From: Octopus bimaculoides
Lineage: Eukaryota
Assembly (NCBI RefSeq): GCF_001194135.2
Contig: NC_068984.1
Coordinates: 12,003,872-12,067,871, forward strand
Reading direction: 5' to 3'
DNA length: 64,000 bases
The notes below the pieces were generated by a model. The model saw nothing but the letters and a program-made list of their open reading frames with translations. It had not been told where the DNA came from and ran no database searches. Positions 11,991-24,115 of the stretch are shown here, in pieces. The translations under genes were made by a program, and so were the position numbers. How positions within the stretch are numbered: position 1 is the first letter of the stretch; each line of letters opens with the position of its first letter.

Positions 11991-12450
11991 TGCCTCGACA
12001 TCACAACTAGTGATCAGCTCTGCCAAACTCAGCCTCCCTCACTTTCACATACAGAACTTTTCCTATAGTGTACTAACGAACTGGTATAATTGTCCACGTG
12101 TTATTGACTCTCTTTCTCTCTGCTGTAATAACATACACACACATGTATCACTCACATACACACTTTTCTTTGTACGACGGCCTGTCTTTGATTATGTTCT
12201 TATATGTCGCATTCACACTCTCACACAGACATACATCTTTAACACTACAATAAATATATCTGTTATTCATCTAATACGGTTGTGGTCTTTCATTACTGGT
12301 CATCTATGTTATCGACGCATAACACATCATCTATATACATCATTGATATATATTTGAATGTTCGACCGTGTGACACGTTTAAATAAAAGGAGTCCTCTTT
12401 TTTTCCATTCGTCACCATATCTCCTTTTATGAGTTCGCACGGTCATTCCT

Positions 12451-12492
<42 letters not shown>

Positions 12493-12495
<3 letters not shown>

Positions 12496-12630
12496 GGAAT
12501 TTACAAAAAACAAAGGATGAAGATAGGTGTGTAAACAACAAACAGGTGTATTAGTTTAATGCTCAGGAAAGTAGGAAAGTCTTTTACGTTTCAAGCCTAC
12601 GCTCTTCAACAGAAAGGAACATGAGAAAAG
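12493..12630 (-). mobile_element. Penelope-like 3' end next to (TA)n
   Basis: Reverse complement of 50250-50398; carries CTGTTGAAGAGC..GAAACGT motif; abuts (TA)n at about 12450-12492. Confidence 0.55.
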
Positions 12631-12867
12631 AAAGAGCAACCTGGTGTTGAAATCGAGTTGGAATATTTTCACAATATTTGTTTTGTTAATGTCCTAAGGA
12701 AAGACAATGAACTTTAAAAAAAAACAACAACAAACAAGCAAAAGAACACTCACAATTGCTTCCTTACTTGAAATCAATGGAGTTAATCAGTTATTAATTA
12801 CAGCCACTGATTATGCAAAATGAAAAAAGAAAAGAGACCACAAAATATAAACATTTTATAATTGATT

Positions 12868-12880
12868 TGCCTAAGGAATA

Positions 12881-12912
<32 letters not shown>

Positions 12913-12975
12913 GATGATGAGGAGGAGGATGACGATGATGACAACAACAACAATGATGATAATAATAATAATAAT
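12868..12975 (+). repeat. (AAT)/(GAT)/(AAC) microsatellite
   Basis: Directly visible. Confidence 0.9.
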
Positions 12976-13094
12976 TTCATAAACAACTGTGATGTGCGTA
13001 AGAAAGGGAATTTAGAAATGTCCATCAGTACCTTATTAATGATATGGGTGAATTTATTTAAAAAGAATATAAAAACAAAAATGTATTTAACATT

Positions 13095-13412
13095 TATAGG
13101 TGCCAGCATGGTTGAGTGGTCAAGGAGCTTGTTTTTTTCAACCACATGGTTTTAGGTACAGTCCCACTGCATGGCAGCTTGGGCAAGTGTCTTCAGACTG
13201 ACCAATGCTTTGTGACAGAATTTGGTAGATGAAAACTATATGAAAGCCCATCATGTGTGTGTGTGTGTTTGTCAATCCTCCCACCTTGAGAACCAGCTTT
13301 GGTTTTATTTTTTATATTTTTGGAACTTAGTGGTTTAGCAAAAGAGACGAATAGAATAAGTATCAGACTTCCTTCAAGACATTGCTCCATCATGGCCATT
13401 GTCCAATGGCTG
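13095..13412 (+). mobile_element. SINE family C, decayed
   Basis: CAGTCCCACTGCATGGCAGCTTGGGCAAGTGTCTT..GCTCCATCATGGCC..GAAACAAGTAAAA. Confidence 0.75.
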
Positions 13413-13604
13413 AAACAAGTAAAAAATAAAAGATAATCTCAGTATGTGAATGTTACTTATTTTATCATCCTCAGAAAGATGCAAAAAAAAAATGTCAATC
13501 TTGGCAAGATTTGAACTCAGAACATAAAGAGAGTAAACTAAAAACCTTTGTGGGCATACTTTTAAAGGCTTTATCCAAATGGACAAAGAATACCTAATTC
13601 TTAG

Positions 13605-13705
13605 CTTATGGTTCCGGGTTCAGTCCCACTGCGTGGCACCTTGGGCAAGTGTCTTCTACTATAGCCTCAGGTGGATTGGTAGACGGAAACTGAAAGAAGC
13701 CCGTC

Positions 13706-13753
<48 letters not shown>

Positions 13754-13975
13754 GTATGTGTGTGTATATGTTTGTGTGTCTGTGTTTGTCCCCCCAACAT
13801 CGCTTGACAACCGATGCTGGTGTGTTTACATCCCCGTAACTTAGCGGTTCGGCTAAAGAAACCGATAGAATAAGTACTAGGCTTACAAAGAATAAGTCCT
13901 GGGGTCGATTTGCTCGACTAAAGGCGGTGCTCCAGCATGGCCGCAGTCAAATGACTGAAACAAGTAAAAGAATAA
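13605..13975 (+). mobile_element. SINE family C (CORE-type), young copy
   Basis: GGCACCTTGGGCAAGTGTCTTCTACTATAGCC, internal (TA)n/(TATG)n; near-identical to 17872-18286. Confidence 0.9.
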
Positions 13976-14534
13976 ATCAATTTAAGAGGATAACTGTAAC
14001 CTATGATCTGCTGTAGGTGAGAGGTTATGGAAGACCTGTATTGCTCCTTTCTGCAAGTGATATCTCCACCAGATCTGTCAAAAGGATGGATGAACATAGT
14101 GTAGGATCAATGACTATCTAGCAATAGCACAGGCCCTCAGAAATTCTGGGTTGGTGTCTGACATGCTGGAAGACCACTGGGAGTGAAGCACCCCTTAACT
14201 TTTGTTAAACCATGTCTCCAGAACTTGCTTGAAACACAGGCTATGTCTGCTCCAATAATCAACAGTGACTTGGCTAGCGAATCCTCTGCAACAGTCGACA
14301 GCAAGATGAGCTGTCATGGACCACACTATCCAAAGGTGTGTATGCATGTGACCAGGGACCCCCATGTAAACTTGTATTCCCACTGAAACTCTAAGCATGA
14401 AGTTGCTCAGAGCTGGCTCAACCCACCTCAGGTAGATGCTGCTGCAACTAAAAGTAAAATACCTCCATTATAGTGTAGAATCATTTTGTACTTGAGTTGT
14501 CCTTGATTATCATTATTTTTATAAGATAAAGTGT

Positions 14535-14820
14535 AGGCACAATGGCCCAGTGGTTAGGGCAGTGGACTCGCGGTTTGATTCCCAGACCGGGCATTGTGAG
14601 TGTTTATTGAGCGAAAACACCTAAGCTCCATGAGGTTCTGGCAGGGGGTGGTGGCGACCCCTGTTGTACTCTTTCACCCCAACTTTCTCTCACTCTGTCT
14701 TCCTGTTTCTAGAATAACACTGCGATGGACTGGCATCCCATCCAGCTGGGGGGAACACATACGCCATAGAAACCAGGAAACCGGGCCCATGAGCCTGGCT
14801 AGGCTTTGAAAGGGCGACGT
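14535..14820 (+). mobile_element. tRNA-derived SINE family T
   Basis: TGGCCCAGTGGTTAGGGCAG..GGTTTGATTCCC head; GATGGACTGGCATCCCATCCAG central motif. Confidence 0.85.
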
Positions 14821-14839
14821 TTATCATTTATAAGATAAA

Positions 14840-15295
14840 GCAGCGAGTTTAAGCAGAATCATTAGCATGTCAGAAAAAAAGCTGAGCAGTATTTCTTCTG
14901 GGTTTTTATGTTCCAAGTTCAAATCCCACCAAAGTCAACTTTGCCTTTCATCCTTTCAGTGTTGATGAACTGAAGTGCCTGTCGAGCACTGGAGTTGATG
15001 TAATCTGCTAACTCACACCCTGTAAAATTGCTGACCTTGTGCTAATATTTGAGTAATTATTGTTCTCATTAAGGTGGTGAGCTGGCAGAACTTTTAGCAT
15101 ACTGGACAAAATGCTTAGTGGCATTTCATCTGTCTTTATGTTCTGAGTCCAAATGCTGCTGACGTTGACTTAGCTTTTCATCCTTTTGGGGCCAATGAAG
15201 TAAGCACCAGTTGAGCACTGGGGTTGATATAACTGTCTGGCCCTTTCTCTCAAAATTTCAGGCCTTGTGCCTGTAGTAGAAAGGATTATTATTAC
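14840..15295 (+). mobile_element. Two adjacent family N SINEs
   Basis: Two GCAGAA..TTAGCA heads, each followed by GACTTTGCCTTTCATCCTTT-like cores. Confidence 0.8.
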
Positions 15296-15659
15296 CATTA
15301 AGATAAAGAATAGTGTTGGTTTAAAATTGTTAGAGCATCAGAGCATTAGAGTAGTATTTCTTTTAGACTTTCATTTTTGGGAGTCAATAAAATAAAGTAC
15401 TAATCAACCAATGGGGTTAATGAGATTACAAACTTCTTTCCCCCAATTTCAATCCTTGCACCTATACTAGAAACAGGTGTTACAGTGATGGGACTGAAGC
15501 AACAACAGTGACACAATAAATGCTTTGTGAAATTTAGTTTAAATTTTTGTGTTCAAAGTTCAAATCATACCTAGGTTATGTCCTTGGGCCCATGTGAGAA
15601 ATTCTTATACATTTTTCTTCAGTTCAATACTGGTCTTATTTTTAAAAAAATCTTTATCA

Positions 15660-16975
15660 TACCAACATCTTCAATGTCGAGCGCAATGGAATTAATTGAT
15701 TAGTGTTGTGTTATTGATATTTAGTTCTAGCAAAACCATGCCTTTTATCATAGTCTGCAACCACTAGTAGAGTAAAATTTCATATCCGATGCCTTAAAAA
15801 ATGTCCAAACAAATCCATGGTTTTAATCATTGAGCTATCAAAACTGATCAAATAGCAGATAGCTTTTGACTAGGGTGGGTTGACAAATGAATATTCAAAA
15901 TTTTCTTGGAATTAAGGTAACCTTGTTACTGATGTCCACTTACATATCCAAACTAATGCTATAAAATTCAACTTGAAGTAAAACAAATTTTTTTCCTTGC
16001 CTTGTAGTGTAAATACATTTGTTGCAGCATCAGAGCATTTATTATCAATTTATTCAACATATTCCGTGCTTTTCTTTTTAAAGCTACAAGCTAATTGAAA
16101 GTGGGTCTTTTATTATGCAATATGCATATCCTTCCAAATGCAGGAAATTTTCCCCTCTTTAATAAACGCATGTTCATAACCACAAAATTTGCATTTCGAT
16201 AATTTCTTCATTTTGGACAAGAAATTAGCATAAGCATCTCTTAGCTCTAATTCACAAGAAATATCGACACTATTAAAATGTGAAATCATTTCTTGCTGTT
16301 GCATGAAGTTGAAACATGCATTGAGTGACATATTTTGGATGTAAGATACATATCCTCAATGAATTTCATTTGTATTCATCTTTAATACTTCAGTCAGGAT
16401 GACCTAGCTTATCAAATTCACACCATCAAGATCCATTATAAAGCTGATATGAAAAGTTTTAGATAGAGTCCAGAAGATTCTTAACACAGAGACATAAACC
16501 TGGTTTGTTTGCAATGACCAAATGCTTTTTAGTTCTTATATTATTCGTTATCATCTCCCATATTTGATTGAAACAAATAACCTCGACCTGCTTTGGATGA
16601 ACTATTATTGATACCTTCAGTTTGGCTTCATTTACCAGTTTTTGATAAAAATAAATCTGTTATATCCTTTGGATCAGCACATTCATCATTATCTTTTAAT
16701 TTCTTTATTTTAAAGGTAATTGCAAAATATCTTAACCATGCTTCAACAAGGTCAGAATCAGTCAGCCCCAATGTGGATCCTATTGGTAATACCAATAATT
16801 CAGAAAGGTATATCAGCAATGAATAGTTTGACAAAGAATATTTATATAACAGATGAAATACAATACAGAGATGAAGATCCAGTATAGCATATACAAAGGG
16901 TCACTTTAGTTAGCTTAAAGGCGCACTTCCATTTATCCATCTGTTTGCATTTTGCTTTGTCTTCTGACCACAAGG
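15660..16975 (-). mobile_element. Decayed Ty3/Gypsy gag-protease region
   Basis: Minus strand CKFCGYEHAFI..GKFPAFGRIC..HF..AC gag knuckle region, then a VDISNKVTLIP retropepsin-like motif; frameshifted with stops. Confidence 0.65.
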
Positions 16976-17189
16976 TACTGACTGTCCCAGGAAATATAAC
17001 CTAGCATGGAAACAGGTGAGTGTTGGCAACAGGAAGAGCATCAGGCTATAAACAATCTACCTCAACAAATTTTGCCTGATCTGTATGAGCATGAAAAAGC
17101 TAACATTAAAACAACAATGATGGTGATGACATACGTGTCAACATACATACATACAAACAAACATATTTAAGCTTAGACTTAAGTGTTCC

Positions 17190-17465
17190 CACGTTGGGGG
17201 GAGCATGAGGCAGTCAAAGCACTCCAGGAGGATTGGTCAACAGCCACCCTCAGTGCATTTTATTTTAGACTTCCAAGATAAAGGACCCTGTTGATTGTCT
17301 GGCACCAATTCATCTTGGGACCTCCCCTATACTGTTGCTCCTAAAAGTTCCACTTAAGGACTTGATTGGTGACATGTCCCATGTCCCAGCCAAATTAGTT
17401 GGTTTTTGAAGATGGTGATGGACACTAGGCATTGGTCTGCTCTTCTTCTGACCTTTTATTTGCTG
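17190..17465 (-). mobile_element. RTE LINE 3' end fragment
   Basis: Minus strand IFKNQLIWLGH-like and GRPKMNW-like motifs ending in (TAAGC)-type tail. Confidence 0.55.
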
Positions 17466-17569
17466 ATAAAATCATTCCATATATACTGTACAGGGAATTC
17501 ATGACAGTTTGCACAAAGGGAAAAGAATACACTATATCCCATCCAAAAAGAAAAGTATTCTAAAAAAAT

Positions 17570-18020
17570 AAAAAAATACCAACCTGTATTATGGCTGGGT
17601 GGTAACATTTTACTCAAAGAAGCCTCTTTCAGCTTCTACCATGGCCTCAAGACCACTCTAGAACCTGGAGAATATATTCCTCACTGCATCCCTTGAAAGA
17701 TCTTTGAACACCACCTTGATCTTGGCCATCAGCTTGGTCTTGGTGTTGCAGGCAGAGTGGTTGGGGTCTTACCCAACCATGCCCTTCACACAGTAATCCA
17801 TGGAGTTACAATTGGAGGAATTACGAGGTCAGAAATTGGGGATGGCAAAGTCATAGAAATTCTCCACCTGGCTGTGTGGTAAGTAGCTTGCTTACCAACC
17901 ACATGGTTCTGGGTTCAGTCCCACTGCGTGGCACCTTGGGTAAGTGTCTTCTACTATAGCTTCGGGCCGACCAAAACCTTTTGAGTGGATTTGGTAGATG
18001 GAAACTGAAAAGAAGCCCGT

Positions 18021-18057
<37 letters not shown>

Positions 18058-18420
18058 GTATGTGTGTGTATATGTTTGTGTGTCTGTGTTTGTCCCCCCA
18101 ACATCGCTTAACAACCGATGCTGGTGTGTTTACGTCCCCGTAACCTAGCAGTTCGGCAAAAGAGACCGATAGAATAAGTACTAGGCTTACAAAGAATAAG
18201 TCCTGGGGTCAATTTGCTCGACTAAAGGCGGTGCTCCAGCATGGCCACAGTCAAATGACTGAAACAAGTAAAAGAGTAAAAGAGTAACCACTTCTGACTT
18301 TTTCTGGAGGTATGGTAAGGAACCTAATCCTGGTGTTGTACATATGTCCTTCCAGGAGCAACCCTCTCCAGTCAGGGATTCACCACATTCCCCAGCAGAT
18401 TCACAAACTCAGTGAGGAGC
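17570..18420 (-). mobile_element. maT/DD37D-like transposase C-terminus interrupted by a SINE
   Basis: Minus strand PNF*PRNSSNCNSMDYCV (WPPNSPDLNPLDY-like) and EAMVEAERGFFE*; continues beyond 18290. Confidence 0.6.
17872..18286 (+). mobile_element. SINE family C, full-length young copy
   Basis: GTGTGGTAAGTAGCTTGCTTACCAACCAC head, CORE segment, internal microsatellite, GAAACAAGTAAAAGAGTAAAAGAG tail. Confidence 0.9.
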
Positions 18421-18489
18421 TCAATTGAAAAAGACACCAATCACTCTGCCTACAACATCAAGACTAAACTGGTCAAGAAGCAGAAAAAA

Positions 18490-20700
18490 AAAAAAGTTTG
18501 CTAATGTTCTGCAGCTTGAGGACCAGAGGCATGAGGTGAAGACTGTCTGAGAAAACCATGATGTTGTAGAAGTGTGTTTGGGTGGATAATGGTTTACTTG
18601 CACTTGGTGATTTTGCAAAGAAAGAGACATAGAAATGCCACTATGAAATGTAAAGAATGCGCAGGAGAATGAGAATCTTCCTAATGTGGACCCTACAGAG
18701 AGACCAGCTACCCAATTTGGCAGCAGCATGATAAATAAAGTAATTACGGATATGGAGACAGGTAAAGCCCTTGGCCCATCAGGAATTACAGCCAAGATGC
18801 TTAAAATCTCTGGTTGAATGGGATATGGCCTAGTCATCTGTATAGTTAATCAGGTTGTCCAGGAAGGGGTCATATCCAATGACTAGTATAACAGCATTAT
18901 AGTCAACTGCTACAAAGGTAGAGGTGATACTTTTAGACAGTAGCAATTAAAGAGGTATCAAATTACTGGACCAGGTCATGAAAGTTACAGAAAGGGCCAT
19001 AGCTCAACTAATTAGGAAGAGAGTTAGTCTAGATGAGAGGCAGTATGGTTTTGTGCCAGGTAGAAGTACTGCTGACACTATTTTTCTTGTAAGGCAACTG
19101 CAGAAGCATTTAGTGAAAAATATACTGTTGTACTTGGAATTTGTTGATATGAGAGAAGGCCATTGACAGGGTAGCTTACTCCCTCATCTGCTGGTCAATG
19201 TGAAAGCTGGGATTGATGAATGGCTGATAAAAGCCGTCCAAACCATGTATAGGTATGCTATTAGAAAAGCAAATGTTGGTAATGAGTAATACAGTGAATT
19301 TAGTGAGCAGGTTGGAGTTCATCAAGGATCAGTTCACAGACTTCTCTTGTTTATCATCATTGTCCAAGTCATAACAGAGGAATTTGAGAATGGTTGCTCT
19401 TGGGAGCTCCTCTATGTTGATGACCTCATTCTTATAGTTGAAACTCTACCAGAATTAGAGAAGAAATTTCAGGTGAGGAAGCAAGGCCTAGAATCAAAGG
19501 GCTTTAGATTTAATTAAGCAAAGACCAAAATAATAGTAAGCAAGAAAGCAGAGAAATTACTTATTCTATCTCGGAAATGGCCCTACTCAATATGTAAAAA
19601 AGGTGTAGCTAAAAGTTCCATGTGGTGTACCCAGTGCAAGCTATGGACACAAAAGAGCTGCAGTGGATCATAAGAAGATAAGCAGAGAAAGTAGTCTTTT
19701 TGTGTAGCAGTTGTGCAGGTATAATAAACACTAGGAATGTACAGAGAATAGATTTTCTCAAATGTTGGTGGTGACAGCGGGAGGGAGGGGGCTTAGTCCT
19801 TAGAAGTAGTCAATAGCTTTTGTTACCTAGGCAACCAAGTAAGCAGTCAAGAGGGATGTTCTGAAAGCTTAGTTGCAAAGTTCAGAGAGCTGCTATCTTA
19901 CTACTACCTTTGTTGGTAGCAAAGGGCCTCTCCCTCAGAGAGAAAGGCAGATTGTATGATGCCTGCCTGTGTATGGACAGCTATGCTACATGGNNNNNNN
20001 NNNNNNNNNNNNNNNNNNNNNNNNNNNNNNNNNNNNNNNNNNNNNNNNNNNNNNNNNNNNNNNNAGAAAGGCAGATTGTATGATGCCTGCCTGTGTATGG
20101 ACAGCTATGCTACATGGCAGGGAAACATGGGCTGTAAGTGCAGAGGATATACAAAGGCTTGAAAGAAATGAAGCCAGTATGCTCTGCTGGATGTACAACG
20201 TTAGTGTACGTGTGACAAAGTTTAGCTGTATTGAGAGAAAAACTGTGTATAAGAGGCATCAGATGTAGTGTACAAACAAGAAAACTGAGCTGGTATCGTG
20301 ATGTGAAACATATGGATGAAGACAGTTGCATAGAAGAATGCCAATCTCTAAATGTGTAGAGAACCTGTGGAAGAAGAAGACCTGAGTACAGAGGATATGC
20401 AAAGGCTTGGATGTGTAATGTCAATGTGCATATATGTATGACAAAGTGTAAATATTTTAAGAGAAAATTACAAGAGGCATCAGAAGAGAGAAGACTGCTG
20501 TTATGGTCATATGATGCAAATGGATGAGGACAGTTGTATATAGAAGTACTGGTCTCTAGATGTGGAGGGAACCTGTGAAAGTGGAAAACTTAGGAAGATT
20601 TGGGATGAAATAGTGAGACATGACCTTCAGATGTTGAGCCTCACAAAGGAAATGATAAAAGGTCAGAACAAGTGCCAATTTGCTGTGCTTGAGAAAACCT
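18490..20700 (+). mobile_element. Decayed RTE-clade LINE, RT domain to 3' end
   Basis: KALGPSG, YGFVPGRSTADTIFLVRQLQ, VHQGS, LLYVDDL, AMLHGRETWA motifs; contains an N-gap. Confidence 0.9.
19994..20064. other. Assembly gap
   Basis: Run of N with duplicated flanks. Confidence 1.
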
Positions 20701-21194
20701 GTCCCTGCTGAAAAAATTTAGGTCATAAAACCATGTCCTTTATGGCTATGCCCCAACCCCTGCACACAATCTGTCCCTTGCTAAACTTCCGCCACAACCC
20801 ATCTTACAAACACCTCCCCCTTTCCCTCACCATCTGCTGTGTTCTCCTCCCTTCTCTTTCAGGTACCTACCTGCACTCATTAGGTCTTATTTGAATCTCT
20901 TCCCATAGCATATCCTCCTACAACTCACTCCCCTGCCTGTACCCACTTGTTATATTCTCCCCCCCCCCTCCTCCATCAACCATTCTCTTTTTGCAATCTT
21001 GTGAACTCACCCACCCATGCACTTCTCCAGTCCCTAGTCAACTCACCCCCACACTCCTCGCTATCACATCTTCCTCTCTCTCTTTCTCTCACTCTCTCTC
21101 CACCTGAGGTAGCCATATTTCCCCTCTAATGCAAGACTCCTTTTTTCCTGTCCCTCAGTAATACTCCTCTCTCTGTTAAGAGGTCTTGTCTTGC

Positions 21195-21670
21195 AAGTTA
21201 CTTGGCAATCTCACCTGCTGCTGGTGCCACATAAAAAGCACCCAGTACACTCTGTAAAGAGGTTAGTCTTAGGAGGGACATCCAGCTATAAAAACCATGG
21301 CAATGCAGGCAGCATCGCTTGGTGCAGTCTTCTGACTTACCAATTCCTTTTGAATTGTCCAACCCATGCCAACATGGAAAATGGACATTGAATGATGATG
21401 ATGATGATACACACACATACATACACATACTCACATATATATATTACTTTTTTACTTGTTTCAATCATTTGACTGCAGCCATGCTGGAGCACTGCCTTAA
21501 AGAGTTTTAGTCAAAGAGATCGACCCCCAGGACTTACTCTTTCTAAATTTCATACTTACTTTATCAGCCTCTTTTGCTGAACTGTTAAGTTACAGGGACA
21601 TAAATACATTAGCACTGGTTGTCAAGCAGTGGAGGGAGGACAAACACAGACATAAAGACATACACACACA
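21195..21670. mobile_element. Family A (+) followed by family C 3' half (-)
   Basis: CCAACCCATGCCAACATGGAAAA..(GAT)n, then TTACTTGTTTCAATCATTTGACTGCAGCCATGCTGGAGCAC. Confidence 0.8.
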
Positions 21671-21954
21671 AATATATATATACATGTTTAATATATGCAT
21701 CTGTATATATCTTCACATATATATTTTCTCCTACTACTAAACACTGACCTGTCCAACCAACCTAATCTATATTCCCAAATTCTTCATTCCACCATATTAC
21801 TACCCCTAACCCCTTCTCTCACTTAGGCTCTATCACTACATACCTGACACTCCTTCACTTTTCACACTATTATACCTCTCTCTCTATATATATAATCCCC
21901 CCCCCATTCCTTCTATCTGACACTCCTTTACTCTTTACCCTATCATCTTTTTAT

Positions 21955-22286
21955 NNNNNNNNNNNNNNNNNNNNNNNNNNNNNNNNNNNNNNNNNNNNNN
22001 NNNNNNNNNNNNNNNNNNNNNNNNNNNNNNNNNNNNNNNNNNNNNNNNNNNNNNNNNNNNNNNNNNNNNNNNNNNNNNNNNNNNNNNNNNNNNNNNNNNN
22101 NNNNNNNNNNNNNNNNNNNNNNNNNNNNNNNNNNNNNNNNNNNNNNNNNNNNNNNNNNNNNNNNNNNNNNNNNNNNNNNNNNNNNNNNNNNNNNNNNNNN
22201 NNNNNNNNNNNNNNNNNNNNNNNNNNNNNNNNNNNNNNNNNNNNNNNNNNNNNNNNNNNNNNNNNNNNNNNNNNNNNNNNNNNNNN
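21955..22286. other. Assembly gap
   Basis: Run of N with about 280 bp duplicated on both sides. Confidence 1.
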
Positions 22287-23274
22287 CAGTGGTGATAATA
22301 CATACAGATACACGTATATATGGGTGTACATATACATATGCGTACGATTTGTATGTGTAGATGTGGATATGTATAAATATCTGTATAAATATATATATAC
22401 ATGTTTAATATATGCATCTGTATATATCTTCACATATATATTTTCTCCTACTACTAAACACTGACCTGTCCAACCAACCTAATCTATATTCCCAAATTCT
22501 TCATTCCACCATATTACTACCCCTAACCCCTTCTCTCACTTAGGCTCTATCACTACATACCTGACACTCCTTCACTTTTCACACTATTATACCTCTCTCT
22601 CTATATATATAATCCCCCCCCCATTCCTTCTATCTGACACTCCTTTACTCTTTACCCTATCATCTTTTTATACATTCATATCTTTCTCTCTCCATCACCC
22701 TCTCCTCCCCATTCCTACTATCAATTTATCTTGACTGACCACTAACTGGTACACTTTCCCCAGCTTCATCTCTTTATTATTTCTCTCCTTGCTTTTCTTT
22801 TTTCTTTTCTTTTCTTTATTCCTCTCTTCCTGTTTTCGATTTGACCTTACAAATACATTCCCTACTGTTAGGTCACTTTAAATAAAACCCTCGATTCAAT
22901 AGCACTGTGTACAAACTCTATACTTGGAATGACCAATTTTGAATACTATTGGAAGTTACTCACAAGGTATTGGAATCTTATGTGTATGCCATTCTGCCAA
23001 AATAATGGATCTACAAATGCAATATCCCTGCATATCTCACATCTATTTTCATTCCTCCACTTCACTCTCTATTTCATATCTTATCTAAATTAACTACTGC
23101 TTAACCATTTTCTCACACCGTCTCCGATGGAGGATATAAAAAATATCCTGGAAACAGCTGTAAGACCTTCTATTTATAAATGTTCTAATATCTTCACAGC
23201 CTTGGATTTTTATCTCATTCTGAAAAAAAATTATATATGTATTCACACAAGATTCCACAAAGTTTCCTATTTCT

Positions 23275-23645
23275 TTATTGCCCACAAGGGGCTAAACACA
23301 GAGGGGACAAACAAGGACAGATAAAGGGATTAAGTTGATTACATTGACCCCAGTGCATAAGTGGTACTTAATTTATCGACCCCGAAAGGATGAAAGGCAA
23401 AGTCGACCTTGGCGGAATTTGAACTCGGAATGTAACTGCAGACGAAATACCGCTAAGCATTTCGCCCACCGTGCTAACATTTCTGCCAGCTCGCTACAAA
23501 GTTTCCATTTACCAAATTCACTCACAAAGCCTTTGTCGGCCTGGTGCTATAGTAGAAGACACACTTGCCCAAAGTGCCAAACAGTGGGACTGAGCCTGGA
23601 GCCATTTGGTTGCAAAGCAAGCTTCTTAACTGCACAGCCATGCCT
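23275..23645 (-). mobile_element. Full family N SINE plus family C 5' part
   Basis: CCCCGAAAGGATGAAAGGCAAAGTCGACCTTGGCGGAATTTGAACTC, then CACTTGCCCAAAGTGCCA. Confidence 0.85.
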
Positions 23646-23984
23646 ATGAAGAAGAAAATATCAATATACAATTTCATTTGAAAAGATATGAAAAAATTAT
23701 AAATGGCAAGGAAGTGAAAATCACTAATGAGATTATTGTTAATTATGAAATTGATGCAGTGCATGAAATTTATAATAAATCCAAATTTAACTGAACTCTT
23801 ATTGGTAAATGATATAGTCTCATTTATCTAACATACATTTTCTATACGAGTCGTTTTGAGAGAATATAAAATTAAATTTTAGCAAAAGTGTTTTAGTATT
23901 GCAATTATCAACGACGTGTTGGTGATTAAGTTGATTATGTTGGAAACAATGAATAGAATTATATCTGCTTGATAGCAGTTAAAC

Positions 23985-24115
23985 AGTTAGTAGTAGTGAT
24001 GGTGGTAGTAGTAGTAGTAGTAGTAGAAATGAGCGAATCAATAGAAGTGGTGGTGATAGTAGTAGTAGCTGTGTTCGTAGTAGTAGTAGTAGTAGTAGTA
24101 GCAGCAGCAGCAGCT
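23985..24115 (+). repeat. (GTA)n/(GCA)n microsatellite
   Basis: Directly visible. Confidence 0.9.

Noticed and set aside
14535-14600. tRNA-like sequences at SINE heads (also 1555, 40515, 43750)
   Set aside because: Incomplete cloverleaf, continuous with SINE bodies; no real tRNA gene seen
16113-16834. Two minus-strand ORFs first read as host exons
   Set aside because: Frameshift-corrected reading gives a Gypsy gag knuckle and protease motif
19940-20117. About 54-bp duplication on both sides of the gap
   Set aside because: Same gap-overlap artefact; the inverted copy at 36.8 kb has this sequence only once
21672-22670. Identical ~280-bp direct repeat (21672-21954 and 22388-22670)
   Set aside because: It flanks an N-gap exactly, typical of overlapping contig ends; probably an assembly artefact
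22850-23070. Possible Penelope GIY-YIG C-terminal remnant on the minus strand
   Set aside because: Too decayed to support by eye
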